Source: Antedon mediterranea
Lineage: Eukaryota; Animalia; Echinodermata
DNA: 64,000 nt
Assembly (NCBI RefSeq): GCF_964355755.1
Contig: NC_092670.1
Coordinates: forward strand, 24,600,795-24,664,794
Reading direction: 5' to 3'
Positions 39,362-53,238 of the stretch are shown piece after piece. Numbering within the stretch: position 1 is the first letter of the stretch; the number at the start of each line of letters is the position of its first letter. A model generated the notes under the pieces. The model searched no databases and had not been told where the DNA came from. It saw only the letters and a list, made by a program, of their open reading frames with translations. Made by a program: the position numbers and the translations under genes.

Positions 39362-39730
39362 AATTTCTTCTCTGTGCATACTGTAGCAGGTTGCCCATAC
39401 TTAATGTAATTTCTTCTCTGTGCATACTGTAGCAGGTTGCCCATACTTAATGTAATTTCTTCTCTGTGCATACTGTAGCAGGTTGCCCATACTTAATGTA
39501 ATTTCTTCTCTGTGCATACTGTAGCAGGTTGCCCATACTTAATGTAATTTCTTCTCTGTGCATTCTGTAGCAGGTTGCCCATACTTAATGTAATTTCTTC
39601 TCTGTGCATACTGTAGCAGGTTGCCCATACTTAATGTAATTTCTTCTCTGTGCATACTGTAGCAGGTTGCCCATACTTAATGTAATTTCTTCTCTGTGCA
39701 TACTGTAGCAGGTTGCCCATACTTAATGTA
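39362..39730. repeat. 46-bp minisatellite, 8 nearly identical copies
   Basis: aatttcttctctgtgcatactgtagcaggttgcccatacttaatgt x8. Confidence 0.96.
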
Positions 39731-40611
39731 CATTACATTTTATGCTAGGGTTGTAAAGGTAAAAAAGGAAAATACCATACTAAATCCATTTCAGGATATG
39801 AGTCATCTTTAAACCCCAAATGGTCATGTTATTAACTTGGTTATCCACAGGTTCTATAGAAGCTTACTTAAGTACTTTAAAATTGTGTTTTTTTTTCTTA
39901 CTACATCAACACTTTTTTATTTCAATTTTTTAAGTAACAGAAAGCACAGCTTTAATGAGGTCTCTGGTAAAAGTACACATTTAATAACATAAAGCACTAA
40001 AACATTATAACATGATTTTAAACTGAAACCATCCAGTATCTTGAATATACTGCATTGCATAAACTTTTTTCATTACCAAGACATTACCAAAAAGTCAAAA
40101 TTCTATAACTCACAACTCATTTAATTAAAGGAATTAATATCTCTAGAAATGATTTTTTCCCCATATTTTCTTAGTTACGAACCAACCTGCCCAATAACAA
40201 AACATGTTAACAAAGAAAATATGTCAATCAATACCGAGAGCTTGTCAATATTTGAGCAACGTCTGAAGTATAAAAAATCAATTCATTATCAGATATGTTT
40301 GCATTGATTATGATTGATAGCTACAGTATCACAAATAGTATTAAAGTCAATAAAGAAATTTCAGTTTTTCCAATCATTTAGTTTATCAAGAGTACTGTAG
40401 GCTATATTTTTATTGCATTGTCAAACTAATTTAAGAAAAATTGCAAGAGAGAATAGTGAAAATTATCTTGTTAGATACTACAAACTATCTGTTACGATTT
40501 TCAAATCTCTTCACTAAATGGGAGAAAATCTTATTTTAGTGTGATTTTCTGTATTTTTTGTTGTATATATGGAATTTGTATTCTGAAATAAAGTGATCAA
40601 TCAATCAATCA

Positions 40612-42352
40612 CAGGCCTCGAATTTGGGGATTTTAGGGGCAAGGCCATTTGGCCTCCGGTTTTCATTGATTTTAGGGGCACCAAGGCCAAATGGGAGGGC
40701 ACCAAGGCCATTTGTTTTAAATCAAAGGGGCACCAAGGCCAAAATTAAAAAATATTTTAATAACTAGGCCAAAATTTTAAAATAGCTTGTTTCCGGTTGA
40801 GGGTGGAATTTTTTTCCATAAAAAAAAAATTCTACCCGCAAAATGTTTTGGGATTTCCCCCTATTCATCAGATCGCGGAGTAGTAGTACTAGTAGGACTG
40901 TCTACAATACATCATCTTTTTGTATTTCATATAAATATTGCGTGTATTTACGATCCATATAAATAATAAATAGGTACGATGTTCAGCGTTTATAGTTTAC
41001 CGTCCTGTGTTGAATGTTTCATTTAGTTTCAAATAATGCGATAAAAAGGCATGTGAAGCCGCCAACCAAGTAAGGCCCGGAACAGGTATAAAAACCCTTA
41101 CAACAACAGCAAGCTACTCAGCCTTACTTAGCTAGCAGCCGACGGAGAAAACATGATACAAAAACAATTTGTTTGTAGGCCTTACCTACAACTATTCATA
41201 CACAGAGTGTTAACCACGATAAAAATCAAGCCAATTACATTATGTAGTAGAATATAAATTATAGTTATTTTCCGAGTTTCAATTTCTGAAGCTTTTTTGT
41301 TAGTACAGGTATAACCCATATTTATAAGAATTCAAAACACGGACGGACACCGACCCCTTTCTCTCTCTGTTTAGCCTTCGGCACGTGTATTCTGGACTAT
41401 ACCATTTCCTTGAATTTGGTAAAAACGCGTTTGGTAATTTAGTGTACGACGTTGTTAAACAAGATTTTTCGATGATCTGTCTGCTGGATTATTGAGGTGG
41501 GTGCGATAAAATATAAATATGATATACTTCAAACGATCTTCGGGTTGAGGTGCAGGTTTAACTTTGGTGCTAAGGGTAAACACCCCTAATTTTACACGTA
41601 TAATGGACTACACCATGCAGGAACGCACATGGTATTTTCTTCTCAGAGGGTGCGTGTACGTCAAAAGGAATTGTTTTTCCAACGATCCGCCGATCCTTCG
41701 CGCGGCCGGTGGTTGTTGTGTGTGAAATTTCTTATCAGAGGGTGCGTGTGCGTCAAATAGAATTGTTTTCCCAATGCATCATTGAATTGCGTGTGTTCGA
41801 CCGGATCGGCGGCGGGGGAGGATAGGCTAGGCTAGCTAGGAGTGCGTGTAATATTTTTTTCATCGAAGGCGGCTAGCTCGATTATTGTGCGACTTTAATA
41901 CTTTCAGTAACCTCCGATCGAGGAACGTTTTTAGCTTGATTATTAAAAGTTTACACCCCTGTATTTTAATGTACTATCTATACCATGATTTACCACGCAC
42001 GGCGGCCGGGATGATATTGTTTTGGTTACCCGGGTACCCTATTGCAATGTTCGATGTTTTGTTTACTGTTTGTGTATTAATAAATGCGTTTAGAGAAATC
42101 CCCTTGCAACGAAGACAGGCGATAGTTTTGCGTCTCGTCCGAGTCGTGTAAACAAATCTTCTTGACATTATTTTCTATCTAATTCAGTGGTTTTTATTGT
42201 GGTAAAACTCGGGAAGGGCACTCGCGGCCAACGCAAAAAAAAGGGCAGGCCAGTAGTGGCCGTGGGTGCTATTCATTTTCGAGGGCATTGAGGCCAACTG
42301 GGAGGGCACCGACGGCACTGGCCGCGGTGGCCGCGGTAAAATTCGAGGCCTG
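40612..42352. mobile_element. Non-autonomous hAT-like element with apparent 6-bp TSD
   Basis: 14-bp TIR CAGGCCTCGAATTT. Subterminal gggcacc/aaggcc repeats at both ends. CAATCA flanks both sides. Confidence 0.8.
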
Positions 42353-45300
42353 CAATCATAATAAACATTTAAGGATACATCAGCATCTGAATCAGAGATT
42401 ACAAAAGACCTTTTGGGAGAACAGAATAAAATAAATAATAACAGATTACTTTGTATCATTTTACATACAGTGGATTCAAGCTCTTATTCTTTTTATTGAT
42501 CATTATGCTCTAATATTATATGGTGAGCAACAGGACTTAGAGTGGGGCAATGTGGGTCAAAGGTCTTTTCTTGCCATTACTGTTGTTTGTGTGTAAGTCC
42601 TTAGACTTTATTCATCATATTTGTGGCCTGTTAAATAAGGAGCTTTTTCCTACCGGTAATTTCAATTGTACTGGTTACACTACTATACCTGTAGGTTTAA
42701 TTTTGTGATACAATTGACTTACCAGATTTACTGTACATACAGGTAATATGAATGTTATCATCATCATCATCACACATCACCTATGGTACTAGTACAGTAC
42801 TCAAGTGGTGTGGGTTTATAGTACAGTATGAAATGTTATCTCTGGCATTTGATTAATACCAACTATTTAATTTTTGCTAACTCAAGAGTGCAATGGTGAT
42901 GATAATGCATTTATGACAGATTTTCTTTTCTCAAAAAAAATGAGAAAAAAAAATTAAGCATTTAGAGTGAAAAATTGTAGAGTTCACCTGTACTGAATTG
43001 TACAGTAGTAGTGTGAACATCAGTTGCTCTTGATATTCTTGATGAATCAGTGTTAATTTGCACATAATCAAGTCTCATGTGTGAACGTAGCTTTGTTTTA
43101 CTACATAAGATTTATTACTTGAGTAATTTACAACGCAGGTCTTATGTTACCTACTGCCATGCTATTTAATCCAAATTATCTAATTTTAGTTTAGTTAAGA
43201 ACATGTTACTTTGAAAGTAATATGCGAGCATTTGATACATAATGCAATTAGTATTGGTATACCTTCACTTATTTTGTAACACAAACTTTGTATTCTGCAT
43301 TTACATAGAATACCGGATACTTCTGTACAATTACAAAAGTATTTTGTTTAAAATAACTGTCTGTATAAGATGAATATAACTTTAATGCATTTGTTTCAAC
43401 CCTCAATCTCTAATGAAGAATAACGAGACATGCTAACAGTACTATACATTTATTAGCAAATAAAAAATTAATGTACAAAACATGAATAATGACACAACAT
43501 GACATGTCATAATGATGATTATGAAACAGCTTTCTTCAATATTTGGTGCTTACTGTACAGAAATTATTTTTAGTTGGTACTATAAATTATGGTATATGGT
43601 TGGATCTAGGCTAACACAGAGAAAATATGTTTTAATTAAAATTAATTTGGTGTTTCTTTATAGGTATAATAATGAGAAAATATTTTATTTTTAGATGTTG
43701 ATAAAACACAGAATAGAAAGAAATGTGTATTAAACATTAAAAAAAATATACCAATGTTTGCATTTTTCTCCACATACTGTACAATATGACATCCAGTATC
43801 ATAAGCAAACTATGGTTTAATGTATAGCTAGGATGTATCTACCACATGTGATACATATGTGACACTGTATACAGAATTTGCCTATGATACAGTACAGTAT
43901 ACAGTACCCATAGACACAGTACTGAGAATCAGCTACTTATTTTACCTGTATTGTTACTAGAGTAAGCTTATTGACCATTATACAACTTAGTTTATTCTCT
44001 CGCATTTAAAAATAAAAAATGCTAAAAAAGGTCCTTGTTTTAATTGACTATGAAACATATTTCTTGTTCTTAATCAATTTGAATTAAATTCAGCGTCTAA
44101 TGCTTTATTTTGGTCAGTTTAGCGTTTCATTGTTGAAGATAAATGCCTGTTAAGGTGACATTGAAACATTGTTAATGAGTGAATTTTACTTCTAAACAAG
44201 GTTTAGCAAACAAAGCATTGTATTGAATCAGCTTAGTTGGTATTGTACTGTTTGTACATAATGTGCTCTGAACTACGGATGGTGGATCCATTAAAGAAAG
44301 AAGAGAGAGAGAAAGACATTGAAAAATGTTGCATCCACAACTCCTTTCTAAATCACTTCCAGCTCACAATGTTACAGTATCTAATAAGTTCAGAAATTTG
44401 TTCTGTTTAAAATTAATTTTAATGAAAAAATGCTTTTTTTTGTGTATCTGTTTTTCATTGGCAATATTTTTATAATCAACTTTAATTTGAATTATATAAA
44501 ACTGAGAAAACAATAATGAGATAATATTCACACAGGACAGAATGGAAACAAAATATTATTTGTGTCTTTTTTAAATTAATGTATCAAAATGCTTGCCAAA
44601 TTTCTTAGATAAAGTTTTACATTTATTTTTATTGTTTGTGTTGTTCAATAATAATATAGTAGTAGTGCCAAATTGTCTGCATAATTTTACATTAATTACC
44701 ACTGTATAACTTTATTACTGTCAGTATGTCTATTCACTGTGTTAGTACACTTTTCAATGTTTGCACTTGAAGCTATTTTGTACAGACATTTTAGTATTCT
44801 AATATGTTTTATTCCTAATAATGTATTCATACTTGTCTGTCACATAGTTTTCTTACCAAATAAGGTAGGGTATAATACACAGCTTACCTGTACTCCCTAA
44901 CTCGGGGTAAATTTGATTAGCTAAATTGTAATATAAATTGTTTTTGTGGATATAGAGTAGACTGTATTATAACATTTAAATTGATGCCAGGCAGTACAGT
45001 AAAGTATGTACACTACATTGTTGTGTAAAATCCAAATGTAAAATAAACTGATATGTTCTTATTTTAAAAAGTAAAGAATAATTTAAATGCAAATAATAAA
45101 TGTATTTTTTTAAATTATTTATTTTACTAATATAGGCCTACTTACAGTTACCAAAAACACTACAGTATTAGGTTTAGTTAAAGTAAAACACTAGGTTGAT
45201 ATCGCTTTGTTGTGACTGTACAGTACTGTATCAAATATGTAAGGAATTTAACTGGATGAATAGTACAAGTGCTATAGCAACTTATTAAGTCCTGATACAT

Positions 45301-46744
45301 GAATCTAATTAGCCTCATACTGTGATCTATCTACCAATGAGGTATATCAGTACTAACTGTAGTGTTATTATGTTTTGTTTCAATGGTTTAGAACCGCTAT
45401 TAAGAGGACGCTATTGTGACCCAACAAAGCGTGGCCTTAATAGGGATGTCCCATGAATATGAGTTGGCCATTGGTACTGTAAAACATATATTTCCCCTTG
45501 TTTGTTACACAGAAAAATGTCTAGTAAGGGATGTTGCTGAATAGGGGTGTCTCCTGAATAGGGGTTTCCCTTGAATAGGTATGTCCCCTTCCCCCCTCCC
45601 CCTGAATAAGGTGCTCCCCCTGAATACGGAAAAGATCTATTGTAATTACATCCTAATGGAATGTCTACATGCTCTTTCCCTTACTGTATATATCGTAGTT
45701 AAATACGGTTCTTCAATCGGCTTAACTTGCATTTAAATGTCTGTGGTATAACAACATTACATCGGGTATACAGTACAGTACCTCTGAAACCTGGGAGTAT
45801 ATATCGGAGGTTATTTGTGAAAATGAACGAATTATATTGCGAGTTAACGAATCACACTTGTATAGTGATATGATTCAGTTTAGTGAACTCTATGCTAGAT
45901 TCTCTAGTGTTTGTGAACACCGCACAGAACTATATAAAACTGTAGATAGCCTATAAATGCATCACTACATAGTACATTGTACTGGACTTTGTTAGCTCTT
46001 TCACTGTATAAACTGTCATTTTACATAAATTAGATTAAAATTCTTACAGTGAATCTGCAGTACGTGTCAATATCCGGGCAACGAATGCTGATTACAAAAG
46101 GAAATAGATAATGTGATTCTTGTGAATTGTTTATTGTCGTAAGATTAATACAATTGGACTTTGAGCTAATAGTTCTTTTATTTAATATATAGACTACCAT
46201 TATTAAAGTGCAAAACTAGATTAAGAAAAAATTCCATCTTTATAGAAGTGTAATCCTCCTGCTTTTCTGCATGGTTGGCTGCTCTAATTTTGTCTTTTTT
46301 AAGTTGTCTGTTCAATGTTGTCTGTTCTAAACTATTTCCATTCTTTTTGATTATTTCTTTTCACTTTGAAAGTTGTTGTATTCTTTTCCATTTCATTGTA
46401 TCTTCATCTGCTTCAATTCTTGTTGTTTATGTGTACTTTATGATAGAGTATGTAACCTGTATTCTCTTCCTTAAGACTTCCAGAGCTGTTTGTCTTTGAC
46501 TGCATCTTGAGCTATTTCAAACTGATTCGTACATTCTCTTTCTATTCATCTCTCTTTCAATATGCTTACTTATTCACACTAGAATCTGACTTGGTTTCAG
46601 TTGTCTCAATTCGCATTTATTTTTACATGGACTTGGGGACAATCCTAAATTTACTTGTGGCTTTAATGTTGAGAATACACTTTTCTTATGTTACTGAGTG
46701 CCCTATTATAATACACAACGAGATGCTACACTTGTAAACACTAT

Positions 46745-48390
46745 TAGTAGGGTAGGAAGGAGGGGTTACCGTGCACCCCCATGATGTATTTTTTTAATGT
46801 ACATTTTTGTAATCCTGAATATATGTAATTAACATTTTTTGATGTTCCCAAGACGAAATATTGTCCCATGGGGTTTTTTGGGGGCCATTTTGGTGGCCAT
46901 CTTGGATTTATCAAAATCATAAATATAGACGGTACTTGACAAAGACTGATCATAGAGGTCTGATTTTGGTCTTAAATTGTTCAGAATATGCACATTTCTA
47001 TGTACTATAATGAAAAGTTTTTGTTCAAAATGGCCGTAAATGCCACTTTTGACCTTTGACCTTGTTTTTACATAAGGGTCATATCTTGGTAACCCCTGGT
47101 CATAAAGATTTTATTTTTGTCTTAAATTGTTCAGAATATCCATATTTATATTCGCTTTAATGGAACATATTTTTGAAATTTGACGGGAAATATCATTTTT
47201 GACCTTTGACATTATTGCATAACGATTTTCGCAATAATTTAGGTTATTTTTGTATTCGACCTATATCTTGACAACGAGTGATCATAGAGGTTTGATTTTG
47301 GTATTATATTGTTCAGAATATGCACTTTCCTATGTACTATAATAAAACATTTTCATACAAAATGACCGGAAATACGACTTTTGACCTTTGACCTCGTTTT
47401 TACATAAGGGTCATATCTCGGTAACCCTCGGGTGGAAATAATGTCAAAGGTCAAAAGTGATATTTTCCATCAAATTTCAAAAATATGTTTCATTAAATCT
47501 TATATAAATATGGATATTCTGAACAATTTATGATAAAAATAAAGTTTTTATGACCAGGGGTTACCGAGATATGACCCTCGGGTGGAAATAATGTCAAAGG
47601 TCAAAAGTGATATTTTCCATCAAATTTCAAAGATATGTTTCATTAAAGCTAATATAAATATGGATACTCCGAACAATTGAAAACAAAAATAAAATCGTTA
47701 TGACCATTGGTTACCGAGATATGACCCTTATGTAAAAACGAGGTCAAAGGTCAAAAGTCGTATTTCCGGTCATTTTGTATGAAAATGTTTTATTATAGTA
47801 CATAGGAAAGTGCATATTCTGAACAATATAATACCAAAATCAAACCTCTATGATCACTCGTTGTCAAGATATAGGTCGAATACAAAAATAACCTAAATTA
47901 TTGCGAAAATCGTTATGCAATAATGTCAAAGGTCAAAAATGATATTTCCCGTCAAATTTCAAAAATATGTTCCATTAAAGCGAATATAAATATGGATATT
48001 CTGAACAATTTAAGACAAAAATAAAATCTTTATGACCAGGGGTTACCAAGATATGACCCTTATGTAAAAACAAGGTCAAAGGTCAAAAGTGGCATTTACG
48101 GCCATTTTGAACAAAAACTTTTCATTATAGTACATAGAAATGTGCATATTCTGAACAATTTAAGACCAAAATCAGACCTCTATGATCAGTCTTTGTCAAG
48201 TACCGTCTATATTTATGATTTTGATAAATCCAAGATGGCCACCAAAATGGCCCCCAAAAAACCCCATGGGACAATATTTCGTCTTGGGAACATCAAAAAA
48301 TGTTAATTACATATATTCAGGATTACAAAAATGTACATTAAAAAAATACATCATGGGGGTGCATGGTAACCCCTCCTTCCTACTAGACTA
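46745..48390. mobile_element. Academ-like palindromic non-autonomous element
   Basis: ~680-bp almost perfect inverted arms, TAGT...ACTA termini, 3-bp TSD TAT. Internal ~150-bp subrepeats. Confidence 0.82.
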
Positions 48391-48523
48391 TATCTCAATT
48401 GTGTAAAATATTGAATAAAAAAAATGCTTAAATTCTGCTGCAGTACTCTTTTTTGTTCATGATCTCCTTGTTTGAAATCCCAAACCCTTCCCTCATCAAT
48501 TACTCAGGCTTCCCCTTCTCAGA

Positions 48524-48757
48524 CCCACATGTTAACCTGGTTATGTCCTGTTTTTGTTACCTTTATTTATTTCGGTAAATATTAGGGTGAACACTATTTC
48601 CAAAAGAGTTGGCCTGGGTGTTCCTTTGACATACAGTATGTATCCACATATTAACCTGGTTATGTCCTGTTTTGTTTAAACCTTTTATTTCGATAAATAA
48701 TAGGGTGAACACTATTTTCAAAAGAGTTGGCCTGGGGGTTATTTTAACATACAGTAT
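48524..48757. repeat. 2 x ~120-bp tandem duplication
   Basis: ccaca..ttaacctggttatgtcctg...aaaagagttggcctggg...catacagtat occurs twice. Confidence 0.85.
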
Positions 48758-50100
48758 TTAAAAGAATTCCCTTCTGTGTCAAGTTTTACACTTGCATAAT
48801 TCAAGGGGATTTCTTGCCATGAATAGGGTTGGCCAGCTTGGTTTATTCACCATTTGTTAGTGTAAACATTGTATTATTTTTTACACTGGTGTCTTTTTAT
48901 GTAAGTGTACCTACAACTTAAACAGATCAATTCGGCTCACAAAGAAGTATTTATTTTGGCTTTTGGCGTATTTGTCATTGAGTATAACAATAGTTTTTAA
49001 CCGTTCTTAGTTCAAACCGTAGTAGAGAGGACAAAAGTTGCTTGCAAAATGATATCTTTAATTCTGCCCCTCACCCACCGTCAAGTTGGTCAAACTCACT
49101 GAAACCATCTGAAATGGGATTTTCCTTCCAAGACGATTTTTCTTCATCTCATTTTTATTTATTTTTTTTATGACAGTTTTGAGGTTTTTCTCCCGGAGAG
49201 GCCATATAGTGGCTAAGGTTATCGCCCCCCCCCCCCTCCCCCTTACTTAATCTTAATTTTACACACAAACAATATAATATCTAAAGTTGCTTAAAATATC
49301 ACTTTATGACATGGTAAAGTTGGTAAAACACAGTTATTGTTTTGTATTAAAATATCAAAATATGGAAACATACTGTACAGGTAAGATGTTTTACAATTTA
49401 ATAGAAACAAAATTAGCACAATTACAGTAGTAAAATATGCAAAAATGAATTTTCCCATAATCATATTTTTGTGAACATTAAATTATATTATGTCTGTGTG
49501 TGTACATTTCTGGAGGCGGTACGCTTGACTTATTCGCTCCTTAATTACCAATTTTGTTTCTATCACAACACAACGCACGTGGTAAAAATAATGAATATCA
49601 CCTGTCAAATATTGTCATTCTTCTCTGGAAATTATATCTGCAAAGATCAATAAATGTTAAATTTGACGCCGCACAATGAAAAGCATTCAAGACAATTTAT
49701 GAATAAATTGTGATCCAACTTCACATAAGCATTGACAAGTCACTAATGGAAAGAATAAGGAAAATTGAAATATAATGCTAACGTCAATAGTAATATGAAG
49801 TGGATATTGTAGACTGTGGCAAGCCGTAAATATTCTTTTTTTCTCAATTCAACAGTGCAGATTTTAAGGGAAACCTTTGAAAACTACCAAACACAGTAAA
49901 TATTTATATTATATTACTTTATATCGGCGTACATGCGCGTATAGCAAAAAACTTCAACAGTGCAGATTTTGAGGGAAACGTTTGACAACTACCAGATGAT
50001 GTTGTGGTTCTTGGGGGCTGAAGCCCAGTTTTTACATGACCTTGAATAAAGTTACTAAGGACAATTCCTTGTGTTTATTACTCTCACTGAGAACCTATAC

Positions 50101-50975
50101 TATGGAACGCCGTTTACGCAACATTTCAATGATATGAATTTTATGACGCGATATATGAATGAAATGCATCGATATGAATGGAATGGCGCGATATATGAAT
50201 GAAATGTTTTGAATTGAATGCTTTGAATTGAATGTTTTGAATGAAATGTTTTGAATGAAATGTTTTGAATGAAATGTTTTGAATAAATTGTTTTGAATGC
50301 AATGTTTTGAATGAAATGTTTTGAATGAAATGTTTTGAATGAAATGTTTTGAATTAAATGTTTTAAATGAAATGTTTTGAATGAAATGTTTGAATTGAAT
50401 TGAAAAGTCAAACTATTGGTGGCGTATGTCATTCTCGCTCGCGATTTTTTTCTCAACCTCTTAGGCCTAAGCGTCCCAGCGTGGGTACCCTCATCTCCTT
50501 TCCACGCTGCCTTTACAGAGAATCCTAACAGACCTGGGTTCGGAAATATGTATTCCAATGTTTCAGGTCTGTTAGGATTCTCTGTAAAGGATCCATATTG
50601 ATGACAGCGTGGAAAGGAGATGAGGGTACCCAGGCTTAGGCCTAAGAGGTTAAAACAAAATCGCGAGCGGGAATGACATACGCCGCCAATAGTTTGACTT
50701 TTCAATTCAATTCAAACATTTCATTCAAAACATTTCATTCAAAACATTTCATTCAAAACATTTCATTCAAAACATTTCATTCAAAACATTTCATTCAAAA
50801 CATTTTATTCAAAACATTCAATTCAAAACATTTCATTCAAAACATTCAATTCAAAGCATTCAAGTCAAAACATTTTATTCATAATCGCGCCATTCAATTC
50901 ATATCAAAACATTTCATTCGTATATCGCGCCATTCAATTCATATCATCGAAATGTTGCGTAAACGGCGTTCCATA
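50101..50975. mobile_element. IS3EU-like palindromic MITE with 14-bp minisatellite arms
   Basis: TATGGAACGCCGTTTACGCAACATTTC TIR, TATGG...CCATA termini, 6-bp TSD CTATAC. Arms carry inverted (ttttgaatgaaatg)n arrays. Confidence 0.85.
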
Positions 50976-52072
50976 CTATACAGTTAATCATAAAAGTATC
51001 GAATATAACATGGTATAACAGTTGATGTACAGTACCAACGGTGGATACAGTCTTTCAAGTGTCCCATTAATATGGATGTCCTCAGAATAGGTGGTATCAC
51101 AAAGGACTGATAATCTACAGTATTTCTATACTTTCACTTTGTCTTTAATACTGTGTCAAAGTTTTAATTTAAAGCTCTGTCTACACTATCAAACTTTATG
51201 TGACAAAAAGAATGAGATGCGGCCATATAAAAACATGATGACGTCATATCACTACAATTTTTGGGCACTTTTTTGTCAAATTAGTTGTAAAGTTAGTTAC
51301 TTTAAAGGACATGCAGTCCTTTAACCAGCATGACATCAACTGTTTGGCAATGTGCCTTTACAAATGCATTCAATGTTGCTAGATTGAAGATGTTTATTTT
51401 CACAAAGTATGAAGTGGTATGATATCTCATATTAGGTAAAGCCTAAAAGCATTCCTGTGCCCTATTATTAGCAATGAGCAGTCACTATACTCGTTAACAT
51501 TTGACCTTGATTTAACCATCTTCCCTGTTGATTGAAAGTTTTTATTAATTATCAAGCAACTTTTTCTACACCAGTTTTTTTTGTTTCAGTTAATTGAAAC
51601 TAATTTACATCGGTGACACATTCATAACAGTGTTGGATACAATATGTCTATGGGATGATCCAAGAACAACAACAAAAACCTTACTGTATAATTAATAGAT
51701 TAGTTGAAACACACCAGTAAATGATACTGAGGTGATTCAAACAACAAGCCATGTGGAAGAGATGGGCCCATCATGCGTCAAATCCAAAGCCTGTGACTAT
51801 ACCGTATATAGTTTATTATCGGAAAATGGATCGCATGGGCAATTCCGTTTCATCATATTGATTTTAACTTTAAGTCAACTTAAAAGAATAGACTTGATGA
51901 ATGAGAACATGATGCTCCTGTCGTATTGAATTGAAATTGAGTATTTTGAGTTATTTATTCATTGTCTTCTAATACTGTAACTGAAGCATCATTTTTTAAT
52001 CAAAAGTTTAATACTTTAGTTCTCCTCTCCAGAGACCTTGCATTTATTTTCAATTTCACTTTATTTTTTCAG

Positions 52073-52148
52073 GAAGGTTTATAAGAGAAAAGTGAAATTT
52101 TTTGGACACCGTGAATTAGATTCTCTTGGAATGGAGGCAAATCATAAG
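52073..52148 (+). other. Putative internal exon (possibly containing a start codon, MEANHK)
   Basis: Strong pyrimidine tract + cag acceptor and AAG|gtaggg donor. One frame is open throughout, with ATG at 52131. Confidence 0.4.
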
Positions 52149-53114
52149 GTAGGGATACATATATTATATTTTGTAGCGACTGAATGCAAAATATCTTAAG
52201 AGCTACTTTCTTCTAAAAGACCGGCATGAATGAAAGGTTACTTCTTTCTAATTTCTTCTCATCCGCATTCAAACTAGAATTTAAAAATGTACTGCATCTT
52301 CAAATATTTGAAAAATATATTAAATTTGTACTATTTAAATTGTTTTTGTTCTTGCTTGTTTGGAGATTAGAATTTATATATTTTAGTCTATTTCGTGCCC
52401 AGCTTACCTGGATAAACCGACAATAGCCCTTTCTTCTCGAAGAGTGAGATATACCTCGAAAAAGTAGAAATTTTCATTGAACACCCCTCTCCACAAGTGG
52501 TATAGTTCATGAACTATGCCCTCAGGTGGGAGCCTCCCCACAAAGCACCATCATCATTTCTCTTCGAGACATAAGAGAGTAAACATGTCTTCAAGAGAGC
52601 TTGTACAGGTAAGCTAGCATTCATAGACTACCAACACCCCTGTTGGTTTGTGTAATTTATTTCTTGGATGTTTGTTTATGTAAAAGACATGAATATATAT
52701 AATAAATAAAAATTACTACAGTAAATAAAAAAAAACAAATCTTGTATGGACAAGTTAAAATTAATTAATAAATAATAACAATTAATAATGTCTAAGTTTG
52801 AGACACCTTTATACATAGCATAAACCAATCAGAACCTGTTATTATATAAGTTATAATAGCCAATACTACTGTACGCATTTTGTAAAACAACGATATGGTT
52901 TTGTCAAAAAAATATTGTTCATTATATTAACCTTGGTATTACTATTACATTTCTTTTATTCCTGTTTTTATTACCAGCAATGATCGAATAAGGTAACTTG
53001 AGTGCAGAAAACAGACAGTATAGAAAGCATAGCATTTTGTAAGCACAACCATACTTAAATAATTATTTACATAAAGTACTGTAAAATCAGAAAGATACAA
53101 ATAAATAAACATCT

Positions 53115-53185
53115 AAACTAGAAAGCCACTCCGAGAGTGCATACCTCCGCCTACTGTAAAATTCTCCTACATAAGATTTCTCCGG

Positions 53186-53238
<53 letters not shown>

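Noticed and set aside
44853-44865. Isolated CArG ttaccaaataagg identical to the actin-proximal one
   Set aside because: A single site in AT-rich DNA 14 kb away with no adjacent supporting motif; may be chance.
46744-48406. Twin ORFs on opposite strands (MISLCQVPS...)
   Set aside because: A consequence of the inverted arms of the palindromic element.
50100-50987. 201-aa and 104-aa ORFs with SFKTFHSKHFIQN repeats
   Set aside because: Translation of the 14-bp minisatellite in a MITE.
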